Source: an uncultured Acidobacteriota bacterium
GTDB lineage: Bacteria > Acidobacteriota > UBA6911
Direction of reading: 5' to 3'
Assembly: GCA_963809485.1 (NCBI GenBank)
Contig: CAWEJX010000020.1
Location: forward strand, 192,001-256,000
DNA: 64,000 bases
Shown: positions 12,812 to 22,545 of the stretch, piece by piece
Numbering within the stretch: the stretch's first letter is position 1
Layout of the letters: each line of letters opens with the position of its first letter
Position numbers and translations under genes: made by a program
The notes under the pieces: model-generated
What the model saw: only the letters and a program-made list of their open reading frames with translations
Told to the model about the DNA's origin: nothing
Database searches by the model: none

Positions 12812-13128
12812 GTAAGTATCTTCCGGCAGAGCCGAAGGCTTCAGGTTGGCTAATCCCTCCAAGGCGCCTGACTGCATCCGATAAAAGATTAAAGAGGTTC
12901 CATGCGCTATAGATGTTTTGGAACCGCAGAATGTCGAATAACGCGAATAACGAATGATGAATCTCGAAGTGCGGCGCTAACTTCTGCGGTTCAATATTCG
13001 AAATTCGACATTCGATATTCCGGTGTCCATAATCTTGGTCATTGTCCGGACATGGGAACAAAAAAATCCAGGATTTTTAAAACTCGTACTGCCTCCTCGG
13101 CAGAGCCGGTGGATCTCCCAATGGATTA
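12812..13128 (-). mobile_element. Non-autonomous IS200/IS605-like mini-element, family B copy 2, between purF and purN
   Basis: Left end TAATCCATTGGGAGATCCACCGGCTCTGCCGAGGAGGCAG; right end GAAGCCTTCGGCTCTGCCGGAAGATACTTAC; aligns with 3479-3721. Confidence 0.75.
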
Positions 13129-13183
13129 GCGAATCCCGTATAGCCGGATGCCGGCGGCCAATCAGGGCGCGGCGGTTTCCATC

Positions 13184-14611
13184 TCATCGCCTTTTGGCGC
13201 CCGGGCCTTTTTCGCTTTCGCCGAACAGACTTCCTTGTTTCTCCTCAGGAACCACTTCCGTGGGATAGTGATCCGTGAAGCATGCCGAACAATACCGCTG
13301 GCCGTCCATCACCGACCTCAGCACCGCATCGAGGCTCAGGTAGCCCAGCGTGTCCGCCCCGATGAAGCGGCAGATTTCTTCGACGGATTTCGTCGATGCG
13401 ATCAGCTCGCCCCGCGTGGGGATATCGATGCCGTAGTAGCAGGGCGCGACAATGGGAGGCGCCGTTACCCGGAAATGGATCTCCCTGGCCCCCGCCGCCC
13501 TCACAATCTGTACAATCTTCCTGCTCGTCGTGCCCCGCACGATGGAATCGTCCAGCAGAACGATGCGCTTCCCATTCAGGATCTCCCGGACCGGATTCAG
13601 CTTGACCTTCACGCCGAAATTGCGGATTGACTGCTTGGGCTCGATGAACGTGCGCCCGATGTAGTGGTTCCGGATCAGGCCGAACTCCAGAGAGACCCCG
13701 CTCTCATGGGAATATCCGATGGACGCGGAGACGCCCGAGTCCGGCACGGGCACAATCACATCGGCTTCCACAGGATGCTCGCGCGCCAGGTATTTGCCCA
13801 TTTCCCTGCGGCTGGTGTTGACGGTCCGGCCGAAAACAATGCTGTCCGGCCGGCTGAAATAGATATGCTCGAAAACGCACTGTGCCGGATTCTTTTTGGG
13901 AAGGGGCAGCTGGGACTCAAGACTGTTCTCCTCAATTCTCACAACCTCGCCGGGCTCGATGTCCCGGATGAATTCGGCGTTGATGAGATCAAAAGCACAG
14001 GTTTCCGAGGCTATCACATAGGAACCGTCCACGCGCCCTATCGACAGCGGCCGGAATCCATTCGGGTCTCTGGCTGCCAGGAGATATTCCGGCGTCAAGA
14101 GCACAAGACTGTAGGCCCCCTGAATCATCCGAAGCGCCTCGACAAAAGCTTCCTGCAGGGATCGGCGCCTGGAGCGGGAAATCAGATGCAAAATGACCTC
14201 GCTATCGCTGGTCGAATGAAAAATAGCCCCGTCGCGCTCCAGTTCGCGCCTCAGGGGCAATGCGTTGGTCAAATTGCCGTTGTGCGCCAGCGCGATGGGT
14301 CCCCTCCAGCAATCCACCAGTATCGGCTGCGCGTTCCAGTCCGCGCTCTCTCCCGCCGTCGAATAGCGAACATGCCCCAGGGCAGAATCACCTTGAAGGC
14401 GCGCCAGCCTCGTCTCGTCGAAGACGTCGGCCACGTAGCCCATCCCTTTTTCAAGGTGCAGCTTCTTCCTGTCGGAACTCGCGATGCCTGCGGACTCCTG
14501 CCCGCGGTGCTGGAGCGCGTAAATCCCCAGATAGGCGATTCGAGCCGCTTCAGGATGAGTAACGATTCCGAAAATTCCGCATTCTTCTTTCAGCTTGTCC
14601 CAGGTTTGCAT
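13184..14611 (-). CDS. purF: Amidophosphoribosyltransferase
   Basis: Propeptide ...EECGIFG, LQHRGQES, GHVRYST, HNGN and LLDDSIVRGTTS PRPP motif; Fe-S cysteines present. Confidence 0.97.
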   Translation of the reverse strand: MQTWDKLKEECGIFGIVTHPEAARIAYLGIYALQHRGQESAGIASSDRKKLHLEKGMGYVADVFDETRLARLQGDSALGHVRYSTAGESADWNAQPILVDCWRGPIALAHNGNLTNALPLRRELERDGAIFHSTSDSEVILHLISRSRRRSLQEAFVEALRMIQGAYSLVLLTPEYLLAARDPNGFRPLSIGRVDGSYVIASETCAFDLINAEFIRDIEPGEVVRIEENSLESQLPLPKKNPAQCVFEHIYFSRPDSIVFGRTVNTSRREMGKYLAREHPVEADVIVPVPDSGVSASIGYSHESGVSLEFGLIRNHYIGRTFIEPKQSIRNFGVKVKLNPVREILNGKRIVLLDDSIVRGTTSRKIVQIVRAAGAREIHFRVTAPPIVAPCYYGIDIPTRGELIASTKSVEEICRFIGADTLGYLSLDAVLRSVMDGQRYCSACFTDHYPTEVVPEEKQGSLFGESEKGPGAKRR

Positions 14612-15193
14612 CTTGTTTTTGTTTCCCCGATATTTGCCTTTTTCCCGCGGCACCGGTTCTGCAACACGGGAGGTCGCCCTGTTGCCGTCAAGTACAATAT
14701 ATCATACGCAGCCTCCGGATGCCGCCAGAGGAACCGTCAAGGCAACCGTGAGTATCTCAGCCGCCCCATGCGGAACAACCGGTTTTGCCGGAGGACGGCG
14801 TTCTATGGATTCTTACATTCTTCCCCCCGCGCCGTCGGTCCCTTCCTCAGTCTTTTTCAGTATATTTCGGCGTTGCCGGATCGCGGAGCGGATACACCCT
14901 GTCTGGACCCCGGCAAAGATATGGAATTCCTGAAATTAATAAAAAACTGCAGGTTGCGGGTTTTGATCCGGCCGTCCGCGCCATTCGCGTCAGGTTGAAG
15001 TCGCCATTTCGGTTTCTTCGGCATCTTTTTCAGCCCACGGATCGGGATGCCGTGAAAAGAAGTGCCCCGGCCGTAATCTTTGACTTCGTCAACGGCAGGC
15101 CTTGATATACCATAGGAAGGACCCTGCCGTGGGTGAGGTTTGTGGCGCGCTTTTGGGTCACCCATTCAGAAAAAGAACAGAAAGGAATCGAAG

Positions 15194-16078
15194 ATGCCGG
15201 ACATCGACAGCCCCAAGGAAAACAAAGAATTCTGCCCCGATATTCCAGCCAGAAACACTCCCTTTTTCCTGAAAGGATCGGGTGCACTGGATTGGGGGAT
15301 GCAAAACCGCCTGGCGAGAATTTTTTCTCCCTTATCCGGACGCACCGTGATGCTGGCGATCGACCACGGATATTTCCAGGGTCCGACCTCCGGGCTGGAG
15401 CGGGTAGACCTGAACATTGTCCCCCTGGTGCCCTTTGCGGACGCCCTCATGCTCACACGCGGCATCCTCCGGACCACCATTCCTTCCTCTGAGAGCAAAG
15501 GGGTTGTTTTGAGAGCCAGCGGCGGCCCCAGCATCCTTAAGGAACTCTCGAACGAACAAATCGCGGTAGACATCGAAGATGCACTCCGTCTGAACGTGGC
15601 GGCCGTGGCCGTGCAGGTATTTATCGGCGGTGAATTTGAAACGCAGTCCATTCACAATATGACGCGCCTCGTGGATGTGGGGAATCGCTACGGCATCCCC
15701 GTCCTGGGCGTCACCGCTGTTGGGAAAAACATGACGCGCGACGCGCGCTATTTTCGCCTGGCCTGCAGAATTTGCGCCGAGCTGGGCGCGCACTTTGTCA
15801 AGACCTATTACATTCAGGAAGACTTTGAAACCGTGACCGCCTCCTGCCCGGTTCCCGTGGTCATGGCGGGCGGCAAAAAGCTTCCTGAACTGGAAGCCCT
15901 GGATATGGCATACAAGGCCGTCAGCGAAGGTGCCGCAGGGGTGGACATGGGGCGGAACATCTTTCAATCCGAAGCCCCCGAGGCCATGATTCAGGCCGTG
16001 CGAAAGGTCGTGCACGAAAATGCAAAGCCTCAAGAAGCCTTTGAGCTATTCCGGGCGCTGAAAAGCGAATCCAAATAG
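15194..16078 (+). CDS. lsrF: LsrF-like 3-hydroxy-5-phosphonooxypentane-2,4-dione thiolase / class I aldolase
   Basis: [37 protein letters not shown] and [11 protein letters not shown] motifs. Confidence 0.88.
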   Translation: MPDIDSPKENKEFCPDIPARNTPFFLKGSGALDWGMQNRLARIFSPLSGRTVMLAIDHGYFQGPTSGLERVDLNIVPLVPFADALMLTRGILRTTIPSSESKGVVLRASGGPSILKELSNEQIAVDIEDALRLNVAAVAVQVFIGGEFETQSIHNMTRLVDVGNRYGIPVLGVTAVGKNMTRDARYFRLACRICAELGAHFVKTYYIQEDFETVTASCPVPVVMAGGKKLPELEALDMAYKAVSEGAAGVDMGRNIFQSEAPEAMIQAVRKVVHENAKPQEAFELFRALKSESK

Positions 16079-16153
16079 CCCGCCGCGGCATAGGGCCTGC
16101 AAAGGCTGCGGCGCGGCGCTACCTACTCCGTTGCGAACCCAAACAGGAGCAGT

Positions 16154-18262
16154 ATGGAAAACCGCTGGTCGGACGAAAACGCGGCGCAATTTGCTGAAAA
16201 ATACGGCAAGTCCTGGGGCGAAGATCTGGCAATGGGTCTTTATGTTGCCTCTATCCTGGGGGCCGATGAAAACCTGGTCCTTCATGGAGGAGGCAACTCC
16301 TCGGTCAAGACTACTCATACGAATATTCTGGGCGAAACAAGCCCCGCGATTTATGTCAAGGCCTCCGGTATCAATATGGCCTTCATGGAACCCGACGGCT
16401 ACACGGGACTGGATCTGGGCCATCTGAGAAAGCTTCGCTCCCTGCCGGATCTCTCCGACGAAGGAATGGTCAATGAATTCCGCACCCATCTCCTGGACGC
16501 GCGTTCTGCAGCACCGTCTATGGAAACCCTCGTCCACGTTTTCATTGACAAAAAATTCGTCGACCATACTCACCCTGATGCCATACTGGCGCTTTCCAAC
16601 CAAATTGGCGGCAGAAAGCTGCTGGAAGAAGCCATGGGAGAGGGTGTGGTTCTGCTCCCCTATTCCCCCCCAGGATTCAAACTGGCAAAGGCTTTGGCAG
16701 CCGCATTGGATCAGCATCCGGCCGCCCGGGCCATTGTCCTGATGCAGCACGGACTTATAACCTGGGGAGAGACCGCCCGGGGAAGCTACCAAACCACTGT
16801 TGAATTGGTCGAAAGCGCGGAAAGATACCTGCGCAGGCACGCCCGAAATCCTTTGGTTCCCAGGATATCAACTTCTTTGCAGGAAGCCGGGGAGAGGTTC
16901 CGCAAGGTAGCCCCGATGGTCCGAGGATTGCTGGCTCAGCCAACCGGCAGTCCGGACCACCCCTGGGAACGCTTCATCGTGCAGCCGCTGATCAACCGGG
17001 ATATCCTTGATCTTGTCGATTCCGAACGCGGCCGGGAGATAGCATTGACGCCGCCGCTGACCTCGGATCACCTGATCCGGACCAAAGCCTACTACTTGTG
17101 GATCGATCAGCCCGAATGGGATGATCTCGACAGGCTCCGTCAGCAATTCGCCGCGGCCCTCGACGATTACGCGTCCGCCTATGATGCGTATCTGGACAAA
17201 TATGCAACGGCCATGCCCCCGGGAGTCGAAAAGATGGATTCGCGCCCGAGGGTAATTCTCGTTCCCGGACTCGGAGCGCTCTGTGCCGGGAAAGATATCG
17301 CGGCCTCAACCATCGTCCGCGACATAGCCGCACACACTCTCGCGGTCAAAGCTCAAATCGCCGCGATGGGGACCTATCAAGGAATGGAAGAAGGCGATCT
17401 CTTTCATATGGAGTATCGCCCGCTCCAGCATAATAAACTTCATGAAGCCAACCCGCTCCCGCTGGCGCGCACGGTTGCCCTGGTCACGGGAGCTGCGGGT
17501 GCGATCGGCTCGGGCATTACCCAGGAATTGCTGGAACAGGGGTGCCACGTGGCGGTTACGGACCTGGGGGGAGAACCGCTGACTCGGTTTGTAGGGGAAT
17601 TGAAGGTTTCGTTTGGAGCCCGCGTCATGGGAGTTCCGCTGGACATCACGGATCGCGCATCGGTCACAGAAGGATTTGAGGCGGTAATTCGGGCCTGGGG
17701 CGGGATAGACCTGTTTATCTTGAATGCCGGAATCGCCCACGTTGCGGCGCTATCGGATTTAAGCCTCGAATCCTTCAGAGAGCTGGAGAAGATCAACATC
17801 GAAGGAATGCTGATCATGCTCGCGGAATCTGGCCGCCTCCTGAAATTTCAAGCAACGGGCGGAGATATCGTCATGGTCTCGACTAAAAACGTTTTCGCGC
17901 CCGGCGCCCGGTTCGGAGCTTACAGCGCCACGAAAGCCGCCGGCCATCAACTGGCGCGCATCGCCAGCCAGGAGTTTGCCGAATTCGACGTCCGCGTCAA
18001 CATGGTTGCACCCGACGCAGTCTTCTCCCATGGGGCGCGCAAGTCCGGTCTCTGGACGGCGATTGGCCCGGACAGGATGAATGCCCGGGGGCTGAGCCCG
18101 GAGGGGCTGGAGGAATACTATCGGAACCGCAATCTGCTCAAAGCAAGGGTTACGGCGCGGCACGTAGCCAAAGCCGTACTTTATTTTGCGACGCGTCAAA
18201 CCCCCACGACCGGCGCGACCATACCCGTTGACGGCGGGCTTCCGGACGCAACGCCTCGATAA
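16154..18262 (+). CDS. Bifunctional class II aldolase (RhaD-like) / short-chain dehydrogenase
   Basis: LHGGGNSSVK, PSMETLVH and DHTHPD aldolase motifs; C-terminal SDR with TGAAGAIG, NAG and YSATK. Confidence 0.92.
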   Translation: MENRWSDENAAQFAEKYGKSWGEDLAMGLYVASILGADENLVLHGGGNSSVKTTHTNILGETSPAIYVKASGINMAFMEPDGYTGLDLGHLRKLRSLPDLSDEGMVNEFRTHLLDARSAAPSMETLVHVFIDKKFVDHTHPDAILALSNQIGGRKLLEEAMGEGVVLLPYSPPGFKLAKALAAALDQHPAARAIVLMQHGLITWGETARGSYQTTVELVESAERYLRRHARNPLVPRISTSLQEAGERFRKVAPMVRGLLAQPTGSPDHPWERFIVQPLINRDILDLVDSERGREIALTPPLTSDHLIRTKAYYLWIDQPEWDDLDRLRQQFAAALDDYASAYDAYLDKYATAMPPGVEKMDSRPRVILVPGLGALCAGKDIAASTIVRDIAAHTLAVKAQIAAMGTYQGMEEGDLFHMEYRPLQHNKLHEANPLPLARTVALVTGAAGAIGSGITQELLEQGCHVAVTDLGGEPLTRFVGELKVSFGARVMGVPLDITDRASVTEGFEAVIRAWGGIDLFILNAGIAHVAALSDLSLESFRELEKINIEGMLIMLAESGRLLKFQATGGDIVMVSTKNVFAPGARFGAYSATKAAGHQLARIASQEFAEFDVRVNMVAPDAVFSHGARKSGLWTAIGPDRMNARGLSPEGLEEYYRNRNLLKARVTARHVAKAVLYFATRQTPTTGATIPVDGGLPDATPR

Positions 18263-18264
18263 AA

Positions 18265-18292
18265 AACGTGGAACGTTCAACGTGCAACGTTC
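18265..18292. repeat. Four tandem AACGTNN heptamers
   Basis: AACGTGG AACGTTC AACGTGC AACGTTC. Confidence 0.8.
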
Positions 18293-18317
18293 CAGGAATG
18301 GATGCGGTGACAATGCA

Positions 18318-18923
18318 ATGATCGGACAACTTAGAGGCCACCTGGTCCTTAAGAAGCCGAACGCGATAATTCTGGATGTCCAGGGCGTCGGCTATGAAGT
18401 CAATATCCCCCTCACGACCTTCTTCGAGCTTCCCGTCGAAGGGAGCGAAGTGGCTTTGAAGGTCCATACGCATGTGCGCGAGGATGCGCTCCTGCTTTAC
18501 GGCTTCCATACGCAAAGGGAAAAGGACTTTTTCCTCAAACTGATCACCATCAGCGGGATCGGTCCCAAACTGGCAGTAGCCATCCTGTCGGGCGCTCGAG
18601 TGGAAGAACTTGCCCAGGCGATTGCCGAAGGGAACCTGGCTCGCCTCACTGCCATCCCGGGTGTCGGGCGGAAGACGGCGGAGAGACTGGTCCTCGAGCT
18701 TAAAAGCCAGATAACACAGTTTCTGCTTCCGGAGCAGGTTGAGGCTGCCCGGGAAGGAACCAAACCCAGCGCGCTGGAAGAAGACATTCTTTCGGCGCTG
18801 GTTAACCTGGGTTATCCGCGGGCTGCGGCGGAGAAAGCCCTCTCGACCGTGCTCCGTTCCGCGGAATGCGAGCGCACGTTTGAAGATGTATTGCGCACAA
18901 CGCTGCGCCGGCTGGCCGGATGA
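18318..18923 (+). CDS. ruvA: Holliday junction branch migration protein RuvA
   Basis: MIGQLRG start, [17 protein letters not shown], HhH motifs GIGPKLA and [17 protein letters not shown]. Confidence 0.96.
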   Translation: MIGQLRGHLVLKKPNAIILDVQGVGYEVNIPLTTFFELPVEGSEVALKVHTHVREDALLLYGFHTQREKDFFLKLITISGIGPKLAVAILSGARVEELAQAIAEGNLARLTAIPGVGRKTAERLVLELKSQITQFLLPEQVEAAREGTKPSALEEDILSALVNLGYPRAAAEKALSTVLRSAECERTFEDVLRTTLRRLAG

Positions 18924-18940
18924 CCGGCTGGATATCGAAT

Positions 18941-19972
18941 ATGGCAAAAAACGAACCCCACCCCACGCTTTTGAATCCTGTTTCCCAGAATGAAGAGAAG
19001 TCCTTCGAGCAGAGTCTGCGCCCACAAACGCTTTCTCAATACATCGGACAGCAAAAGGTCAAGGACAATATCGATATCAGCATACGGGCTGCGCTCAAAA
19101 GGCAGGAAGCCCTGGACCATGTGCTTCTGTACGGGCCGCCGGGACTGGGGAAAACAACCCTGGCAACCATCATTTCCAACGAAATGCACGTCGATATCCG
19201 GACGACCAGCGGTCCGGTGATTGAAAAACGGGGGGACCTGGCCGCGCTGCTGACGAACCTCAAGCCCAATGATGTTCTGTTCATCGATGAAATTCACCGT
19301 CTGCACCCGGCGATTGAAGAAATCCTCTATCCCGCCATGGAGGACTACTACCTGGACCTCATGATAGGGGAGGGCCCCGGAGCACGCAGCATCAAAATGC
19401 CGCTTCCGCGGTTCACCCTTGTGGGGGCAACAACGCGTGCCGGCCTTCTGACAGCGCCTTTGCGCGCGCGCTTCGGCATCATCCACCGGCTGGAGTTTTA
19501 CACCAGCGAAGACCTGCGCATCATCGTGAATCAATCCGCGCAGACTCTGGGGGTTGGCATTGACAATGAAGGAGCCTTGGAGATCGCCTCGCGAAGCCGC
19601 GGAACTCCCCGTATCGCGAACAGGCTGCTCCGGCGCGTCCGCGACTATGCGGAGGTTAAAAGCGACGGCCGCATAACACAGCCTATCGCCGTGGACGCGC
19701 TTCAAATGATGGAGGTGGACACCTACGGATTTGATGAGATTGATCGCAAACTGATGCTCACGATACTGGAAAAATATAACGGCGGCCCCGTGGGCTTGGG
19801 ATCGCTTTCCGCGGCAATCAACGAGGATGAAGATTCCATTGAGGACATCTACGAGCCATACCTCATCCAGATAGGGTTTCTCGATAGAACCCCCCGCGGG
19901 AGGATGGCAACCCGCAAGGCCTTCGAGCACTTCCGCATCCAATTGCCCTCCGATCAGAAAAAGTTGTTCTAG
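18941..19972 (+). CDS. ruvB: Holliday junction helicase RuvB
   Basis: [59 protein letters not shown]. Confidence 0.98.
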   Translation: MAKNEPHPTLLNPVSQNEEKSFEQSLRPQTLSQYIGQQKVKDNIDISIRAALKRQEALDHVLLYGPPGLGKTTLATIISNEMHVDIRTTSGPVIEKRGDLAALLTNLKPNDVLFIDEIHRLHPAIEEILYPAMEDYYLDLMIGEGPGARSIKMPLPRFTLVGATTRAGLLTAPLRARFGIIHRLEFYTSEDLRIIVNQSAQTLGVGIDNEGALEIASRSRGTPRIANRLLRRVRDYAEVKSDGRITQPIAVDALQMMEVDTYGFDEIDRKLMLTILEKYNGGPVGLGSLSAAINEDEDSIEDIYEPYLIQIGFLDRTPRGRMATRKAFEHFRIQLPSDQKKLF

Positions 19973-20105
19973 ATCCGGAAGCCCGAGGGCAAAAACAACA
20001 CGGGACACTGGCTTCTGAACTCCTGCTTCCAGCTTCTCCATCCCCCGGCAAAAAGGCTAAACCACATATTTCGCGGTCGCAAAGTAGATAGTATACTGGG
20101 ACGCT

Positions 20106-21059
20106 ATGGCGAAACCGGCGGAGTCTGAAATCAAGATACATGAGCTGCAAAATGCGATCGAAACGGTTGTCCGGGGAAAACCGGAGGCTGTAAAACTCGC
20201 CCTGGTCTGCCTGCTGGCGGAGGGGCATCTGCTCATCGAGGATGTTCCCGGCGTGGGCAAGACAACCCTTGCCCATTCTCTCGCGCGCGTCTTCGACTGC
20301 ACGTTTCGCAGGATACAGTTCACCAGCGACCTGCTCCCATCGGACATTCTCGGGGTCTCCGTTTTCAGTCCTTCGGCCCAGGCATTCGATTTTCGCAGAG
20401 GCCCGATTTTCGCCAACATCGTTCTGGCCGACGAAATCAACCGGACGACGCCGAAAACCCAAAGCGCCCTTCTTGAAGCGATGAGCGAAGGCAAGGTCAG
20501 CGTGGACAATCACACCTATCCCCTGCCCCGCCCGTTCATGGTGGTCGCCACCCAGAATCCCATAGAGCATCATGGCACCTATCCGCTGCCCGACTCCCAG
20601 CTGGACCGTTTCCTCCTGCGCATAAAAATGGGCTATCCTGAGAATGAAGCCGAAAAGGAAATATTGCGTCGTGAAAACTGGATGCCGGATCTGGATCAAC
20701 TCCGTCCCGTCATGCAGGCGGACGATATACTGGCTGCTCAATCGGCGGTCAGAGGAGTCCGGGTCGACGAATCGCTGCTCGACTATATTATGGCCATCGT
20801 CGACGCCACCCGGCGGTCCGAATTTCTCATTATAGGGGCAAGCCCGCGGGGATCCCTGGCTCTGCGGCGGGCGGCGCAAGCTCTCGCTTATTTCGAGGGG
20901 CGCGATTACTGCATCCCGGACGACATCAAGCGGCTCGTCCTTCCGGTCCTGGCTCATCGGGTGATCGTCAGTTCCAAGTATTCCTCGCCCTATAGGCGCA
21001 GCGAGGAGGCGGAGGCAATTCTTGCGGAGATACTGGGGAGCATTGACGTTCCGCTCTGA
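20106..21059 (+). CDS. MoxR-family AAA+ ATPase
   Basis: HLLIEDVPGVGKT, RIQFTSDLLPSD, LADEINRTTPKTQSALLEAM, ATQNP, GASPRG. Confidence 0.95.
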   Translation: MAKPAESEIKIHELQNAIETVVRGKPEAVKLALVCLLAEGHLLIEDVPGVGKTTLAHSLARVFDCTFRRIQFTSDLLPSDILGVSVFSPSAQAFDFRRGPIFANIVLADEINRTTPKTQSALLEAMSEGKVSVDNHTYPLPRPFMVVATQNPIEHHGTYPLPDSQLDRFLLRIKMGYPENEAEKEILRRENWMPDLDQLRPVMQADDILAAQSAVRGVRVDESLLDYIMAIVDATRRSEFLIIGASPRGSLALRRAAQALAYFEGRDYCIPDDIKRLVLPVLAHRVIVSSKYSSPYRRSEEAEAILAEILGSIDVPL

Positions 21060-21138
21060 TCGCGCCCGATCTATGCGACGCGGCAAAGCCGAACCGGAAT
21101 GGATTTCAGGCGGAGGTGGGGGACCGCGGTGCATCAAA

Positions 21139-21168
21139 GTCAGGTACCTCCGGCAAAGCCGGAGGCTT
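21139..21168 (-). repeat. Solo right end of family-A element
   Basis: GTCAGGTACCTCCGGCAAAGCCGGAGGCTT, identical to 49671-49700. Confidence 0.8.
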
Positions 21169-21300
21169 ACCAGGGCAATCATGGTTTTTGGGAATTCCGC
21201 GCCTTTCCATGAGCGGATCCCTCGCCGGCTGCGCGGAATTCCCGTTTCATGACCGGGCGGCTGCAGGCGGCTGTCCTCAGATACCCAAAGGCGGAACCAT

Positions 21301-22545
21301 TTGGCGGACACAGCGCAAGCGGGCATGTTCGTACCCCAAGGAGAAAAACTGCGCCGGCGGATCTTCCCATTTTTCTTCGGAATAACCCGCGATGGCTTGC
21401 TTTATCTCGCCTTTGTGCTCCTGCTCTCGCTGGCAGCCGTCAACACCGGCAACAACCTGTTGTACGTCATCGTTTCCACTTTGCTTTCCATTATCGCCGT
21501 CTCGGGAATCATATCCAGAAATTCGCTGAAGCAGGTGTCGCTTACGCTCCAGATGCCTGAGAATGTATTCGTAGGCGAACGGGTGTCCGTCAAAGTATCC
21601 ATGAAGAACCTGAAACGGATCTTTCCGTCGCTGTCCATTCAAGTGGAAAGCCAGGATCAGACCCGCAGGCATTCTGCCCTGCGGGTGCTGGGGGCATGGC
21701 TATCCGGCGGTCGGGGCGTCCCCGCCAGGGCTCCCGAAGACCGGGACGTGTTCCGCCAGTCGGCCTATTTCCCAATTCTCGGACCCGGAGAAACGCGGTC
21801 GGAATATACCGTGCAGTCTTTCCCGCGCCGCGGGCTCTACAGCCTGGAGGATATGTGGATTTCCACCCGTTTCCCCTTCGGATTCTTCCGCCGCGGCGAG
21901 CTCGTGGCCGCAAAAGGCGAAGTGCTTGTATATCCGCAGGTGCTCGAAATTTCTTCATTCTACCACCTACTCCCATTCCTTTCGGGCCGCCTGGAAGACA
22001 CCCACGCCGGACCGGGCGAAAACCTTTTTTCCATCCGCAAATATCGGGATGGCGAGAGTGCACGCGTCATCGACTGGAAGGCGACATCCAAAACAGGGGA
22101 AGTGATGGCCCGGGAATTTGCGCGTGAGATTGAAAGCAACTTCTGCCTTGTTCTGGACACCCTGTTGTACGAGTACCCGAACAGCCGGCCTGAAATCGAT
22201 TTTGAAAAGGCCGTATCTCTTGCAGCAGGGATTGCGGCTCATTTCCTGAGGGAAGGGGCGGGGATGGCCTTCATCACGCCCCGTGAATATATTCCCCGGG
22301 ATGAGGGCACAGGCCAGCTATACCGGATCCTCCGGTCCCTGGCTCTGCTTCAAAATGAAGCGGCCCCTTCTGCCGATTCGGCGTATTCAAGGGCTCCCGG
22401 ATTCCCGGGAATCGAGGACCCGCAGGCGGTTCAGCAGCTGCTTTCCGACAAGGTTTTCAAGATCATCCTTACTTCCCGGCCCAAGGGAAGCCTCCCGTCG
22501 GCAATCTGGCGGTCTTCCCGTGTGATCTATTTCGACGAGCTATGA
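21301..22545 (+). CDS. DUF58 (vWA-like) membrane protein of the MoxR operon
   Basis: N-terminal TM helices, NTGNNLLY, TRFPFG, IRKYRDGE..RVIDWKATSK; start could be 21325. Confidence 0.88.
   Translation: MADTAQAGMFVPQGEKLRRRIFPFFFGITRDGLLYLAFVLLLSLAAVNTGNNLLYVIVSTLLSIIAVSGIISRNSLKQVSLTLQMPENVFVGERVSVKVSMKNLKRIFPSLSIQVESQDQTRRHSALRVLGAWLSGGRGVPARAPEDRDVFRQSAYFPILGPGETRSEYTVQSFPRRGLYSLEDMWISTRFPFGFFRRGELVAAKGEVLVYPQVLEISSFYHLLPFLSGRLEDTHAGPGENLFSIRKYRDGESARVIDWKATSKTGEVMAREFAREIESNFCLVLDTLLYEYPNSRPEIDFEKAVSLAAGIAAHFLREGAGMAFITPREYIPRDEGTGQLYRILRSLALLQNEAAPSADSAYSRAPGFPGIEDPQAVQQLLSDKVFKIILTSRPKGSLPSAIWRSSRVIYFDEL

Noticed and set aside
14612-15193. Possible purine/ZTP riboswitch upstream of purF
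   Set aside because: No recognisable aptamer consensus; only generic hairpins and a TATGAT -10-like hexamer
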